From: Stramenopiles sp. TOSAG23-2
Taxonomy: Eukaryota
Direction of reading: 5' to 3'
NCBI GenBank assembly: GCA_900128395.1
Contig: LT649292.1
Location: forward strand, 1 to 44,689
Length of the DNA stretch: 44,689 bases
In this document: positions 10,531 through 21,151 of the stretch, piece after piece
Layout of the letters: every line of letters starts with the position of its first letter
How positions within the stretch are numbered: the stretch's first letter is position 1
Position numbers and translations under genes: made by a program
Notes under the pieces: generated by a model
The model's input: the letters and a program-made list of their open reading frames with translations, nothing else
Database searches by the model: none
What the model was told of the DNA's origin: nothing

Positions 10531-10923
10531 CACTCTTCTCTTCTCTCTCCTTATACGTCGTACGTATATTATTAGTTCGTACATTTATAAAAATATAAAA
10601 GACAATGATTAATGATTTTATATGGTCATATATGCATATATCATCTCTCAAACTTTATAAACATACACACTTCCAAATTGATAACACGAGAAGTGTAAAA
10701 TTATTATAACTTAGATTTTAACCATCATATATATATTTAAAAATATAAAAAAAAAGCACGAACACTCTTCTCTTCTCTCTCTCTCCTTATACGTCGTACG
10801 TATATTATAGTTCGTACTCGTACATTTAAATATGACATATAAAAGACATGATTAATGATTTTATATGTTCATATATGCATATATCATCTCTCAAACTTTA
10901 TAAACATACACACTTCCAAATTG
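10531..10923. repeat. Diverged direct duplication (~150 bp) of the RecQ 3' end and UTR
   Basis: cactcttctcttctctc...catctctcaaactttataaacatacacacttccaaattg at ~10531-10680 and ~10763-10923, with several indels. Confidence 0.88.
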
Positions 10924-13734
10924 TGGAGTAAATCCAGCACGACGAAGATTCATCCACCATGTAATTTTTCTATACCAATAAGATATTTCTTGTTGCAAAC
11001 TTTCGCTTCTCTCTTTGTAATCAACAGAAGCTTTGGCTTCACCTACGATAAATGGCAACAACAATTTCATTTGAAACTTTTCAGTTGCCACGACATTCAT
11101 GTTAGCACTATTACTAGCAATTTCAATCTTTTCCCACTCTTTTTCGGTTGGTGGAGGAATAATATTGTTGTTTGGTGCTGCTAACCTTTTCAAATTTACA
11201 GGATCACCAAGTGTAAGTGCCTTCATTACATGTGATACAACCGTGAATGGTTGAATCGTTTTACCATTTTCAGGTCGCATTGCTATTTGTTCTATGGTCT
11301 CACCACCATTTTGAAACCTTTCATAACTTGAACGATGGGAACCTTTTCCCTCTTTTGCAAATAACCATGGTTTTTTTGGTTTAAAACTTTTATTTTCTGG
11401 AAACACCATTGGAGGATCAGAAGCATCCAAGGATAAGCTATCAGTTTTGCTAAAAAATTCGTTAACAGACTTTAACATAATTGCAGCAAGCTCCTTAACT
11501 GTGCGAATTCTAACACCAATTGACTCTAATGCCTCTACCGTAGTTGGTTTGACATAAGCAATTTGTCGCATAACATGTCCCGACATGACATTATGAGGCG
11601 CCATTCCAAATTCTACCGATGTTGCTAAACGCCACTTTTCAATGCGTCCCAAGAGCTCTTCATGATTCTCTGCCTCTTTGTTCCTTCCACGATCACAGAG
11701 CGATTTTAATTTGTATATCCAGTTAGTATATGCATTCAAAATAGGGCCAGCTCCTGCTTGTAATTCTGACAATGGAATCACAGATAAATCGATACCCTTT
11801 GATATTAAATCATTCTTGGTTCTCTCAATGCGCTCTTGCTTCTTTGTTTCAATTTCAATCAATATGTCCGGTACTGGCAACATAACTTTTTCGTTGTTAA
11901 TGTTATTTAATACTCTTCTAGCTTTTACAGTGAGATTGTAGACTTCGTAAGAACGATATCCCATCGGATTCTTTTTGGTACTCCTTGATAAATATTGATT
12001 TCTAACCAAAGCAGGCAGTAATGAAGCAAAAATAGCTTTGGATTGCTCATTTCTTTCAAAGTTACGACGAAGATTTGGATTGTTCTCAAATACTTCCTTC
12101 ACTTCATCCACTATCTTCGTCTTAGCAATTGCTGTATTCCCAAAGTTTTTCATGGCAGTAAAAATAACATGAGCATGATTTATGAAATCTCTTGTCATTG
12201 ATTGGCTGCTGTTGTTATTCTTATTGCTATCTTGTTTTATGCAATTATCACAATTCCCACAAGTAGTTCCAAAAGCAGGTGTTTCATTAAAATACTTCAA
12301 TATTTGGCATCGTCGACATGTAAAACCATCTTCAACAAAGTTTCTTAAATAATCACCACTTTTATTTGACATTTCAATTGCTTTTGCAGATAAATTTTTT
12401 GTATAAAATGGTGATTTATATCGAACAAAATCGGATGAAGAATAAAACATATGGCACACGGACTCTAAACCATCTCTTCCACCTCGTCCAATATGTTGAT
12501 AGTATTCTTCCATAGTTTTTGGTGTGCCATAATGAACAATTCTTCTAATATCTGGTTTGTCAATACCCATACCAAATGCGATGGTGGCAACAATCACAGT
12601 AAATTGTGAGCTTAAAAACCCTAGGTGTGCTGTATTACGAGCTTCCGTGGTCATACCTCCGTGATACGATGCAACAGCGGTAGTGCCTAAAGCATTTCTT
12701 AGAAACGTCACAACTTTCTCTACGTCATTCTTTGTTGGGCAATAAATTATAGTACTCTCATTTTTATTCTTCCATGTATCCATTAACTGTTTAAAATCAC
12801 TCCCAATTCCACCTGTACTTTTTGATTTTATGACAAGTTTTAAATTCTCTCGATCGAACGATGATTTTGAAACAAACGTATTATTTTTCGACAATCCCAA
12901 GCAATCTAGAATGTCGCTTTGCACTTGACTCCCTGCGGTAGCTGTAAGTAAACAAAGTGGAACGCCAGGAAGTTTTTGCTTTATTATAGATAATTTGCGA
13001 TAATCGGGGCGAAAATCATGCCCCCATTCGGATACGCAGTGTGCTTCATCGATTGCAACAAATCCAATCTTGTTTCTCATTTGATCTAAAAAGGAAGATG
13101 CGGCAATTTTTTCAGGTGTTAAATACACCAAAAGGTAATCTCCATTAAGTGCTTTTCTTTCAACCAAAGGATTCATTTGTGCAGAACCTAAATAACATGC
13201 GATATCAACAGATGTGAGGCTGTTTAATTTCTTCACTTGATCAACCATTAGTGAAATTAACGGCGATATCACTAACGTAATCTTTTTACTATACAAAGAT
13301 GGTAGTTGGTAGACCATGGATTTACCTTTTCCTGTAGCCCAAAATACGGCTGTATCGATTCCGTTTAACAATGCTTTAATACAATCTAATTGTCCATCAC
13401 GAAATTGATTGTAGCCGTAATATTTGAATAACGTGCCTTGAAGCGCTGAATCATCATTATTAGAAGAAAAACTTGGAATTTCAAGTGTTTCTGTCGTTGC
13501 TTTCTCCATTTCAACCATTGCAACATCACTATTATTACTATTTATACGGCGTTTCTTATTTGCAGATTGTTTCACTTCTTCTTCAATAATCTTATTCCAA
13601 TCAATATCGTCATCATTACTGGCTCCATTTAAATCATTGTTATTGGGCGTTGTAGTAGTTCGCTTTTCTTTTATTTTCCTCGATTCTTCGAGCAATATCA
13701 GGGGAAATAGTAGTTGTTTTTTTCTTTCCGCCAT
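10891..13734 (-). CDS. RECQ: RecQ family 3'-5' DNA helicase (helicase core, Zn-binding RQC, HRDC-like and C-terminal HTH-like regions); the start is doubtful and it is probably fused to upstream Pif1
   Basis: FRDGQ, ATGKGKS, SPLISLMVDQV, DEAHCVSEWGHDFRPDY, ATIAFGMGIDKPDIR, YYQHIGRGGRDG, CRR..CGNCDNC; HRDC-like IEKWRLATSVEFGMAPHNVM. Confidence 0.93.
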   Translation of the reverse strand: MAERKKQLLFPLILLEESRKIKEKRTTTTPNNNDLNGASNDDDIDWNKIIEEEVKQSANKKRRINSNNSDVAMVEMEKATTETLEIPSFSSNNDDSALQGTLFKYYGYNQFRDGQLDCIKALLNGIDTAVFWATGKGKSMVYQLPSLYSKKITLVISPLISLMVDQVKKLNSLTSVDIACYLGSAQMNPLVERKALNGDYLLVYLTPEKIAASSFLDQMRNKIGFVAIDEAHCVSEWGHDFRPDYRKLSIIKQKLPGVPLCLLTATAGSQVQSDILDCLGLSKNNTFVSKSSFDRENLKLVIKSKSTGGIGSDFKQLMDTWKNKNESTIIYCPTKNDVEKVVTFLRNALGTTAVASYHGGMTTEARNTAHLGFLSSQFTVIVATIAFGMGIDKPDIRRIVHYGTPKTMEEYYQHIGRGGRDGLESVCHMFYSSSDFVRYKSPFYTKNLSAKAIEMSNKSGDYLRNFVEDGFTCRRCQILKYFNETPAFGTTCGNCDNCIKQDSNKNNNSSQSMTRDFINHAHVIFTAMKNFGNTAIAKTKIVDEVKEVFENNPNLRRNFERNEQSKAIFASLLPALVRNQYLSRSTKKNPMGYRSYEVYNLTVKARRVLNNINNEKVMLPVPDILIEIETKKQERIERTKNDLISKGIDLSVIPLSELQAGAGPILNAYTNWIYKLKSLCDRGRNKEAENHEELLGRIEKWRLATSVEFGMAPHNVMSGHVMRQIAYVKPTTVEALESIGVRIRTVKELAAIMLKSVNEFFSKTDSLSLDASDPPMVFPENKSFKPKKPWLFAKEGKGSHRSSYERFQNGGETIEQIAMRPENGKTIQPFTVVSHVMKALTLGDPVNLKRLAAPNNNIIPPPTEKEWEKIEIASNSANMNVVATEKFQMKLLLPFIVGEAKASVDYKERSESLQQEISYWYRKITWWMNLRRAGFTPQFGSVYVYKV

Positions 13735-15418
13735 TCATATTATCATTATCAACATCCATACTACTGCTGCCCGTATTACTGTTGTTATTATTATTATCAA
13801 ATGCATCGACATTTATATTATCCCAAAACGCAGCTGTTTCGTCATCGTCATAAATACTTCCTTCAGGTTTCTTGTAAAATTCAAGTACTGCTGGATGTGC
13901 TTTCACTGCTCTGTTAGTAATTGGGGGGCCGGTTATCCACAACCCTTCCCGGGAAACGCAACGGCTTAAAGCTACATATGTTTGGCCATATTCAAAAGCT
14001 TTTGATGCATCTATAAGGCATCGTGATAGTGTCATTCCTTGACTTTTATGAATTGTTAATGACCATGCTAACTTCAATGGAAATTGTATTCGTGTCATGC
14101 TCCCTGAATTACCCATTGCAACAAAGAAATCAAACGGAAAAATGCATACCTTGCGACCATTATCAAACTCAATGTATGGACATAGTACGCCTTTATTTTC
14201 GTCACTTTTATTATTCTCTGCATTGTAAAACAATCTAAGAACTTTTCCTCTTATTTTTGATTTATCAACATCATTGGCCCTTTTACGGACAAATTTACGA
14301 ACAACCCCACGGGAACCATTTACCAAAGTATCATCAAGGTTTCTCAACAATACAACTTGTGCACCAATCTTTAACTTGAGGTCTTTCGCAATCCTTTTTT
14401 CTGTCAAATCCTGTAATTTGTCCATTATTCGTTTTTCTATATTTGTTGTCTCAAATTCATCTGTAGCTTCAAATTTTACTAAACTTGAGTCTAAAGTATT
14501 TAATCTCCGTTCGTTTTCAGCGTCAACGTTTCTATTAAGACTCCGTAATTCTGTTGGAAGTATTCCATCCTTTGGCAAAGGTTTGTTATTTATATGACAA
14601 TTTTGAAACAGTTTTAACGCAGCATCTGTTACATTTCCCAACCTCACTTGATTCAGAATTTCAATAAGTTCCATGTCCCCTTGTTGACGAACTACTTCTG
14701 TTAATTTTTGTGTCCTCATGTTCATCTTGTTCCAAACTGAAGAACGAAAAGCAAAATCTTTCCCGTTTCCGAGTCCAACCGGTGGTAATTGTAGAAAATC
14801 ACCACACGTCACTACTTGTACACCTCCAAATGGTTCGGAATTTTCTCTTACATACTTTCCTACTTCACTTAGTTTTTCCAATAACTCACTGTCAACCATT
14901 GAAATTTCATCAATTAGAATGACCTTTGCGGATATCCAACGACCTCTAGCAGCTCGAGACAATTTTTTACTAAGAAAATGAGCACTCTCCTTCCCTAATC
15001 CAATACCAGCCCATGAATGAAGAGTTTGACCGTTAATATTTACAGCAGCAATACCAGTGGGAGCAGTGATGGCAATTTCATATACTTTGTACTTTTCCTT
15101 CAGTGTTTGAATTACATATTTGAATAAATATGATTTGCCAGTGCCAGCAACACCAGTCAAAAATATATTTTCTCCTGTAAGGATTAAATCTGCAATCTCT
15201 CGCTGTTTTGTATTTAAAGAGGAACGTGTTATGGTTGATTGCATTTCACGAATTTTTTTCTCTGTCTTCTCTGCAATCTTTTTGTGTTTTGAACTGATTC
15301 CACCGACATTATTTATTAAAACCCTTGATGCCTTTTTTTTCTTATTGTAATTTTTTGATGAGGAGGAGGAAGAGGAGGAAGCTCCCCCGTTACCATATGA
15401 ATAGTGCCAATTGCTCAT
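13640..15418 (-). CDS. PIF1: Pif1 family 5'-3' DNA helicase
   Basis: GVAGTGKS, TAPTGIAA, GQTLHSWAGIG, IDEISMVD, GDFLQLPPV, VVRQQGD, LVNGSRGVV, QFPLKLAWSLTIHKSQGMTL, FEYGQTYVALSR. Confidence 0.95.
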   Translation of the reverse strand: MSNWHYSYGNGGASSSSSSSSKNYNKKKKASRVLINNVGGISSKHKKIAEKTEKKIREMQSTITRSSLNTKQREIADLILTGENIFLTGVAGTGKSYLFKYVIQTLKEKYKVYEIAITAPTGIAAVNINGQTLHSWAGIGLGKESAHFLSKKLSRAARGRWISAKVILIDEISMVDSELLEKLSEVGKYVRENSEPFGGVQVVTCGDFLQLPPVGLGNGKDFAFRSSVWNKMNMRTQKLTEVVRQQGDMELIEILNQVRLGNVTDAALKLFQNCHINNKPLPKDGILPTELRSLNRNVDAENERRLNTLDSSLVKFEATDEFETTNIEKRIMDKLQDLTEKRIAKDLKLKIGAQVVLLRNLDDTLVNGSRGVVRKFVRKRANDVDKSKIRGKVLRLFYNAENNKSDENKGVLCPYIEFDNGRKVCIFPFDFFVAMGNSGSMTRIQFPLKLAWSLTIHKSQGMTLSRCLIDASKAFEYGQTYVALSRCVSREGLWITGPPITNRAVKAHPAVLEFYKKPEGSIYDDDETAAFWDNINVDAFDNNNNNSNTGSSSMDVDNDNMNGGKKKTTTISPDIARRIEENKRKANYYNAQ

Positions 15419-16463
15419 TCCTAAAGATAGTTATTACTGTAATAGTGTATCTTTATTGTGAAATGCAATTTACAATTATTATAACAATTAAACGTAGCAC
15501 GTATATTTGTTTGTTTTGTTAGTTTTACAATTTTCAAAAATCAAAAGTTTCAAAGAAAAAAAGAAGATTTGGTTATTATTATTGTATATATATATAGTAG
15601 TAGTAGTATAGCATTTATTAAAATGATGATGTACCAGGTAATACAGGTAAAGTGCTAAAAAAAAATACTATTATTACCGCCTTTTTTTTTTCAATAATTC
15701 GTGCATTCTAATAATTTCAATAATATAAATGAAATAAAAATATAATAATAAATAATAATAAATTTTTTTTCAATAATTTTAGGCGTAGAGTAAGAGTACA
15801 CGCGAAGTTTCGTTTGCAAAGACCCTTAAAGTTTGCGAAGTCTGTGTGGTATTGTGGTTATGGTAATGCCATGATAAAAAACCTTATTTGATAGATAGAT
15901 GTAGCCCAATTTGAGAAAGGGGTGCTTGCCTTACCTAGTACATAACCGGTGAAAGATGGAAAAAGGTCATCGAATAAAAACAGAATATAGTACCGTTTGT
16001 AGTATTGATTGCTATACCATTACTATAGCAGCAATGATGACATAGGCACACGCACACGTACACGATGATAAATAATAATAATATTATAGAAGGAATAATA
16101 CTACTACTACCATCAGGAATACAAACAACATATTATAGTCTTCTTTTATAAATATATATATTTAATATACTATTATATATATTATGTTATGCAACCCTTC
16201 TGTTACATATTATGATAACTAAATTACTTATTATGGGATAATAATTAATCGTATAAGCAACTTAACTCTTAAAATAAATTTGCAAAAAGTATACGTACGT
16301 AAAATAGAAAAGTAGTGCTCTACCATCGTCTTTTAAAAGTAGCAGTACAAGTGTACAAAGTTTAATATAAAAAACAATTCGCTTAAACAACGTTTAGTCT
16401 ATAATTTAGTCAAGTTGCCTTTAATATTTGATAACTCAAGCATCTTACTCGTATATTTATAAG

Positions 16464-19400
16464 ATGGCATATCATGTGATGTTGGCCAAACAACGGCAAG
16501 ATGACAGGAACCAGGAGCATTTAACTACACCCTCCCATAGTGGTAGATGGGACGGTGGTCAAGAAAATGTAGCGAAAAGTCCTGAAACTCCAGGATGGCA
16601 AAGTCACGAACAACATACACGTCACTTTTGGAGTGGTGTAATCAACCATCATAAGAAGAGTTATAAAGTCTCAGCTGGGGATGGAATGTCCATTAGTCAA
16701 GTAATCCAAGACACGTCTGCAAAAAAACGAATGGAGGAGTTTGAATCTCAAAAAAAATTAAAGGGAAAATTGTTCATTGGCGGCGAAAAATACAAATACA
16801 TTTGTAATCCTAAGCATTACAAAAAAATGCGGTGGGATATGTTCATAGGTGCAATTATTTTATATACAGCAATATGGACTCCAATGCAGATAGGCTTTAA
16901 TATTGAAACGAAAATCTTAACATTTTTTGGGATTATCAATATATTAATCGACATTATGTTTGTAGCTGATTTAATAGTATCCTTTCGAACGGCTTATCCG
17001 GACGATCATGACGGTTTTTTAGTAGTACAGCCAAAGAAAATTGCTATACATTATTTTAAAACGGGGTGGTTTTTTATCGACTTTGTCAGTACGGTTCCAA
17101 TTGACTATATCGTAATGATTGCTTCGCCGGAGGGAAGCGCTAGTAGCGGCGCCAGAGCGAGTAAATTAGTGCGGACATTACGATTGTTTCGTTTAATGAA
17201 ATTAGTTAGGCTCTTAAAGCTTCAAAAGCTACGCGATATTATTCAGGAATTAGAAATTAACCCAGGCATTATGTCCCTTCTTCAATTGCTTGTGGTCATC
17301 TTTTTTATTGCCCATTTATTGGCGTGTTTTTGGAATTTAGTTGCTATTTCCAACGAAATTCCAAGTACTAGTTGGGCTGATCAGTTAGGCGAAAGTTATA
17401 ATGCGACACTTGGAGATCAGTACGTCTGGGCACACTATTGGACGACAGCGACAATGATGGGAGTAGGATATGGTGATGTCTCTGCAATTACGACAGGTGA
17501 GCGAGTTTACTCCATTCTTGCACAGACAGTCGGCGCATTTGTTTTTGGTTGGATTTTAGCAACTATGACGATATTTAATGAATCGTCTGACCCACGCACT
17601 GCAAGAATTGACGCCCATGTTCAAGAATTGAAAAGTTATATGCGTGAAAGAAAGTTACCCAAAAAATTACAACTACAAGTAATAGAAAATTTACATTATG
17701 TTTACGAAGTTAAATCAATCTTTGGGGAAGAGGAAATTCTTGCGGAACTATCCGATCATTTAGCCGATGAAGTAGCTATTAATGCATATAGGAAAATTAT
17801 CAATATATTTCCATTGTTGCAACACTCAAAAGGTAGATTGGTTCGTCTATTGTGTGTAGCCATGCGGCCCGTATACGTCGAGGAAAATGATATATTGTAT
17901 TATCAAAATCGATCGTCTCCAGGTTTATACTTCGTGAAAACGGGTATGATAATATTCACAAGAATCAACGATTATAAGGATAATGATGATAAAACTATAG
18001 ATGTGAAAGGTGAATTGATAGCAATGTTTACTCCCAGTGGCCATTTTGGACACGAGTGCCAAGGTACTAAAGATAAATCTCTTTGTTTTGTGCGTGCTGC
18101 TGCAAATTGTGATATATTAGTTGTATCAAAAGAAGACCTCGAAAATATAAACGAAGTACCTGGTCTTATGACATCGCTAATTAAAGATGGGAAAGCGTTA
18201 AAAAAGAAAATATCAGAGGTGGTAACTCTTCATGATGACATTAGAGAAGGAAAAACGCCATCAAACAAACGTGGAGTCAAAGTTGTTCAAAACGGAAAAT
18301 TTAAAAGTAAAATTAAAAAGAGATCGCTGTCAATAGCACGGGCAAAGTCATCAAAGCACGTTTTTTCTCAACCAAGTACTACCCTTCAAAGTAATATTTC
18401 CAAGGAAAATTTAATCCATTGTATTTTTAATGCTAAATATAAATCCAAATTACCCATAGGAGACGACGAGGAATATGAAGTCGATGAATCTGAGGACGAT
18501 GAAGAACAAAAGGATGGGAATGAGGAAGGAAAAAAACAGACTAATAGTGCGATAAAAGCTTTACAACGGCGCTTTTCTAGGGTAGCGCACTTGCCCGCTA
18601 CGATGATAGAGGCTAATGTAACGACAAACTTTTTACATGAAATTGGTTTTATATACCCACATGGATCGACAAAACAAAAATGGGACGGTTTTGTTGGTAT
18701 ACTAATTATTTACAGTTGTATATGGATACCATTTACGCTAGCATTTGATATACAAGCGACAACTTGGTTTGAGATAAGTATGGAATGGCTAATAGATATT
18801 CTGTTTTTTATAGATATCTTGATTACCGGTAGAACTGTTTATCCAGACCCTGAAAAACGGGCATATGTAGTTGACCATAAACTAATATATCGTCAATATT
18901 TGAAATCATGGTTTGTAATTGATGTTTTATCAACAATTCCAATAGATAGAATTGCTACATTCATTGCTGAACTTGGAAGTACCGGTAATACCGACGCAGG
19001 ATCTTCATTAAGGCTAATGAAATTAATTAGAGGTTTGCGATTAATACGTTTGTTAAAACTAGCCCGGGTGTTGAAACTTGGTAAGATACAAGATTCTATT
19101 GAAGAAATATTTGACAGTCCAAATACATTCAAGATGCTCAAAATGATTCTCCTGCTAGTTGTAGCTGCTCATTTCATTGGGTGCATATGGTTTGGTGTTA
19201 GTGGTAGTTATAATACAACCGCAGACTTTCAGGCAAATCATACGTGGTGGGGTGCTATAAACTTACATCTTCCACAATATGGCAAACTCGATCACTATGT
19301 TGCATCTTTGTATTGGGCATTCACTACAATGACAACTGTTGGTTATGGAGACATTACGCCTGTCAACCGTGATGAGCGTATTGCGGCAATTGCTATTATG

Positions 19401-20396
19401 ATTGTTGGGGCAACTCTATTTGGTTATGTTATTGGTAATGTAGCTGCAATTACTATGTCAAATGATATTGCAAAAGCCAGAAAGGAGGATAAATTGCTGG
19501 AAGTATCGTCATATTTAAAAGAAAAACATGTGGCAAGATCATTGAAAAAAAAAGTGGAAGAATTTTTCCGTTATCTATTTGAAAATAGATCTGCGTTTGA
19601 TGAGCAAGACCTGTTGCATGAGTTACCGAAAAGCACGCGGGATAAAATTTGGTTACATTTATATGGAGAAGACGCCGATAGGTTCCAGCATACTCTTTTT
19701 AAATTGTTGAATAAGCCTGAAGCGTGCCAACTGTTATCGCACATGAAGCCACAGGTATACTCTTCCAACGATATAATTTATGAAACAGGAGATCCTGGAA
19801 ATGCTCTATATTTAGTACAGGTAGGAACAATTGTTGAGTTAAAAGGTGATGATGCAGTAATTGAAAACGGGGAACATAAAGACGATGTATTTCGAACTTA
19901 TAGGGAAGGTTCATACTTTGGAGAAAAAGCGTTAATGTTGAACATTTTACGTTTAAGTACTACGAAAGCAAAATCCCTTTCCACGGTTCTAATTCTATCG
20001 AAACACGCAATTGGGAGAATGGTAGAAAGTAGCTACGATATAGCTAGTTCCCTTGAACGGGTGATGAAAACTACTGTTAAATTAACTTTATCTAGGGAAC
20101 AGATGTCGCGCGCGACAGAAAATTCAAATCTGAGACATCGTGGTCAACAAAAAGTTTATTCCATGTTGTTGTCTAAAGCAAGAAACATTCGCAAAAAAAA
20201 AGGTGGAAGAAGCTCGCCTTTGCTTCGAACACAGTCTGCGTTTGAAGCAAAACCGAAAAAAAGAACAAGTAATGATGGAAATGCCAAGAAAGAAGGTGTT
20301 AATAATTTTCTTGAAGATGTGACAGATACAATAGTCGATGACATGGGCGAGGAGCTTAATCGAGTAGATGCTGATCGTGCTGGAGGCGGGTTTTAA
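16464..20396 (+). CDS. Two-repeat cyclic-nucleotide-binding-domain K+ channel (2 x [6TM + pore + C-linker + CNBD])
   Basis: Two S4 segments (RTLRLFRLMKLVRLLKL; RGLRLIRLLKLARVLKL), two pore loops (TMMGVGYGD; TMTTVGYGD), two CNBD-like regions (GHFGHE; GSYFGEKAL). First ATG at 16464. Confidence 0.92.
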   Translation: MAYHVMLAKQRQDDRNQEHLTTPSHSGRWDGGQENVAKSPETPGWQSHEQHTRHFWSGVINHHKKSYKVSAGDGMSISQVIQDTSAKKRMEEFESQKKLKGKLFIGGEKYKYICNPKHYKKMRWDMFIGAIILYTAIWTPMQIGFNIETKILTFFGIINILIDIMFVADLIVSFRTAYPDDHDGFLVVQPKKIAIHYFKTGWFFIDFVSTVPIDYIVMIASPEGSASSGARASKLVRTLRLFRLMKLVRLLKLQKLRDIIQELEINPGIMSLLQLLVVIFFIAHLLACFWNLVAISNEIPSTSWADQLGESYNATLGDQYVWAHYWTTATMMGVGYGDVSAITTGERVYSILAQTVGAFVFGWILATMTIFNESSDPRTARIDAHVQELKSYMRERKLPKKLQLQVIENLHYVYEVKSIFGEEEILAELSDHLADEVAINAYRKIINIFPLLQHSKGRLVRLLCVAMRPVYVEENDILYYQNRSSPGLYFVKTGMIIFTRINDYKDNDDKTIDVKGELIAMFTPSGHFGHECQGTKDKSLCFVRAAANCDILVVSKEDLENINEVPGLMTSLIKDGKALKKKISEVVTLHDDIREGKTPSNKRGVKVVQNGKFKSKIKKRSLSIARAKSSKHVFSQPSTTLQSNISKENLIHCIFNAKYKSKLPIGDDEEYEVDESEDDEEQKDGNEEGKKQTNSAIKALQRRFSRVAHLPATMIEANVTTNFLHEIGFIYPHGSTKQKWDGFVGILIIYSCIWIPFTLAFDIQATTWFEISMEWLIDILFFIDILITGRTVYPDPEKRAYVVDHKLIYRQYLKSWFVIDVLSTIPIDRIATFIAELGSTGNTDAGSSLRLMKLIRGLRLIRLLKLARVLKLGKIQDSIEEIFDSPNTFKMLKMILLLVVAAHFIGCIWFGVSGSYNTTADFQANHTWWGAINLHLPQYGKLDHYVASLYWAFTTMTTVGYGDITPVNRDERIAAIAIMIVGATLFGYVIGNVAAITMSNDIAKARKEDKLLEVSSYLKEKHVARSLKKKVEEFFRYLFENRSAFDEQDLLHELPKSTRDKIWLHLYGEDADRFQHTLFKLLNKPEACQLLSHMKPQVYSSNDIIYETGDPGNALYLVQVGTIVELKGDDAVIENGEHKDDVFRTYREGSYFGEKALMLNILRLSTTKAKSLSTVLILSKHAIGRMVESSYDIASSLERVMKTTVKLTLSREQMSRATENSNLRHRGQQKVYSMLLSKARNIRKKKGGRSSPLLRTQSAFEAKPKKRTSNDGNAKKEGVNNFLEDVTDTIVDDMGEELNRVDADRAGGGF

Positions 20397-20836
20397 AATA
20401 TTTGTTTTACTAATATATTATATTCATACGTCGTACACCACTCTTTTTAGTGATTATTATATATATGAACAATTATCACAGTACAGTATGGAAGTCATAA
20501 GTTTCCATAGTGTACTGTGTTAATGGGAGAGAAAATATGGACATAACGATGGTATGCTGGTATGCCAGCATGCCAGGTATGCCCTGGTATTAGTATGCTG
20601 GTATGCTAGACGCCTTAATAATTCTCGCCTTCTCTCCGCAATCATCACACATCATCTACTGTACTTATACTAATACATCATTTTTTTTGAAAATATACAA
20701 CAAAAAACACATACACATCTTTAATGATTGAATGAATGAATGGTATTATAAACAGTTTCAAAAGAGATATTAACTACCTATATATTAAAGTAAGACATCG
20801 ATTCCATAGGTTAGCGTAAATAATCTAAATATAAAT

Positions 20837-21119
20837 ATGAGCGAGGATGATGGAGTATTTGCTCGTCCAAATATTGCAAATAATGATAATAATAATCTTT
20901 CTTTTATTGGACATTCGTTAATAGCTCCGTCTGAAATTTCTGTATCATCAATGGCATCCTCATATATGTCTACGAAAATGTTAGGTAAAAAGCGTATATT
21001 GCGAGAACACGAATTTGTTGAAGGCCTTAGCAATGTTATAGAAAAGCAATTTTTCCCAGATTTAAAACGATTAAAAGCTCAAGCTGCTGGGATAGAATAT
21101 GATGAAGAAGTTGATAATC

Positions 21120-21151
<32 letters not shown>

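Noticed and set aside
13615-13665. Small intron restoring the Pif1-RecQ frame
   Set aside because: No GT donor near the junction; the GC..AG options tried (41 and 45 nt) do not produce the RecQ frame
20550-20610. GGTATGC short repeats as an ncRNA or element
   Set aside because: Short degenerate microsatellite-like tract; covered under the CCWGG promoter observation
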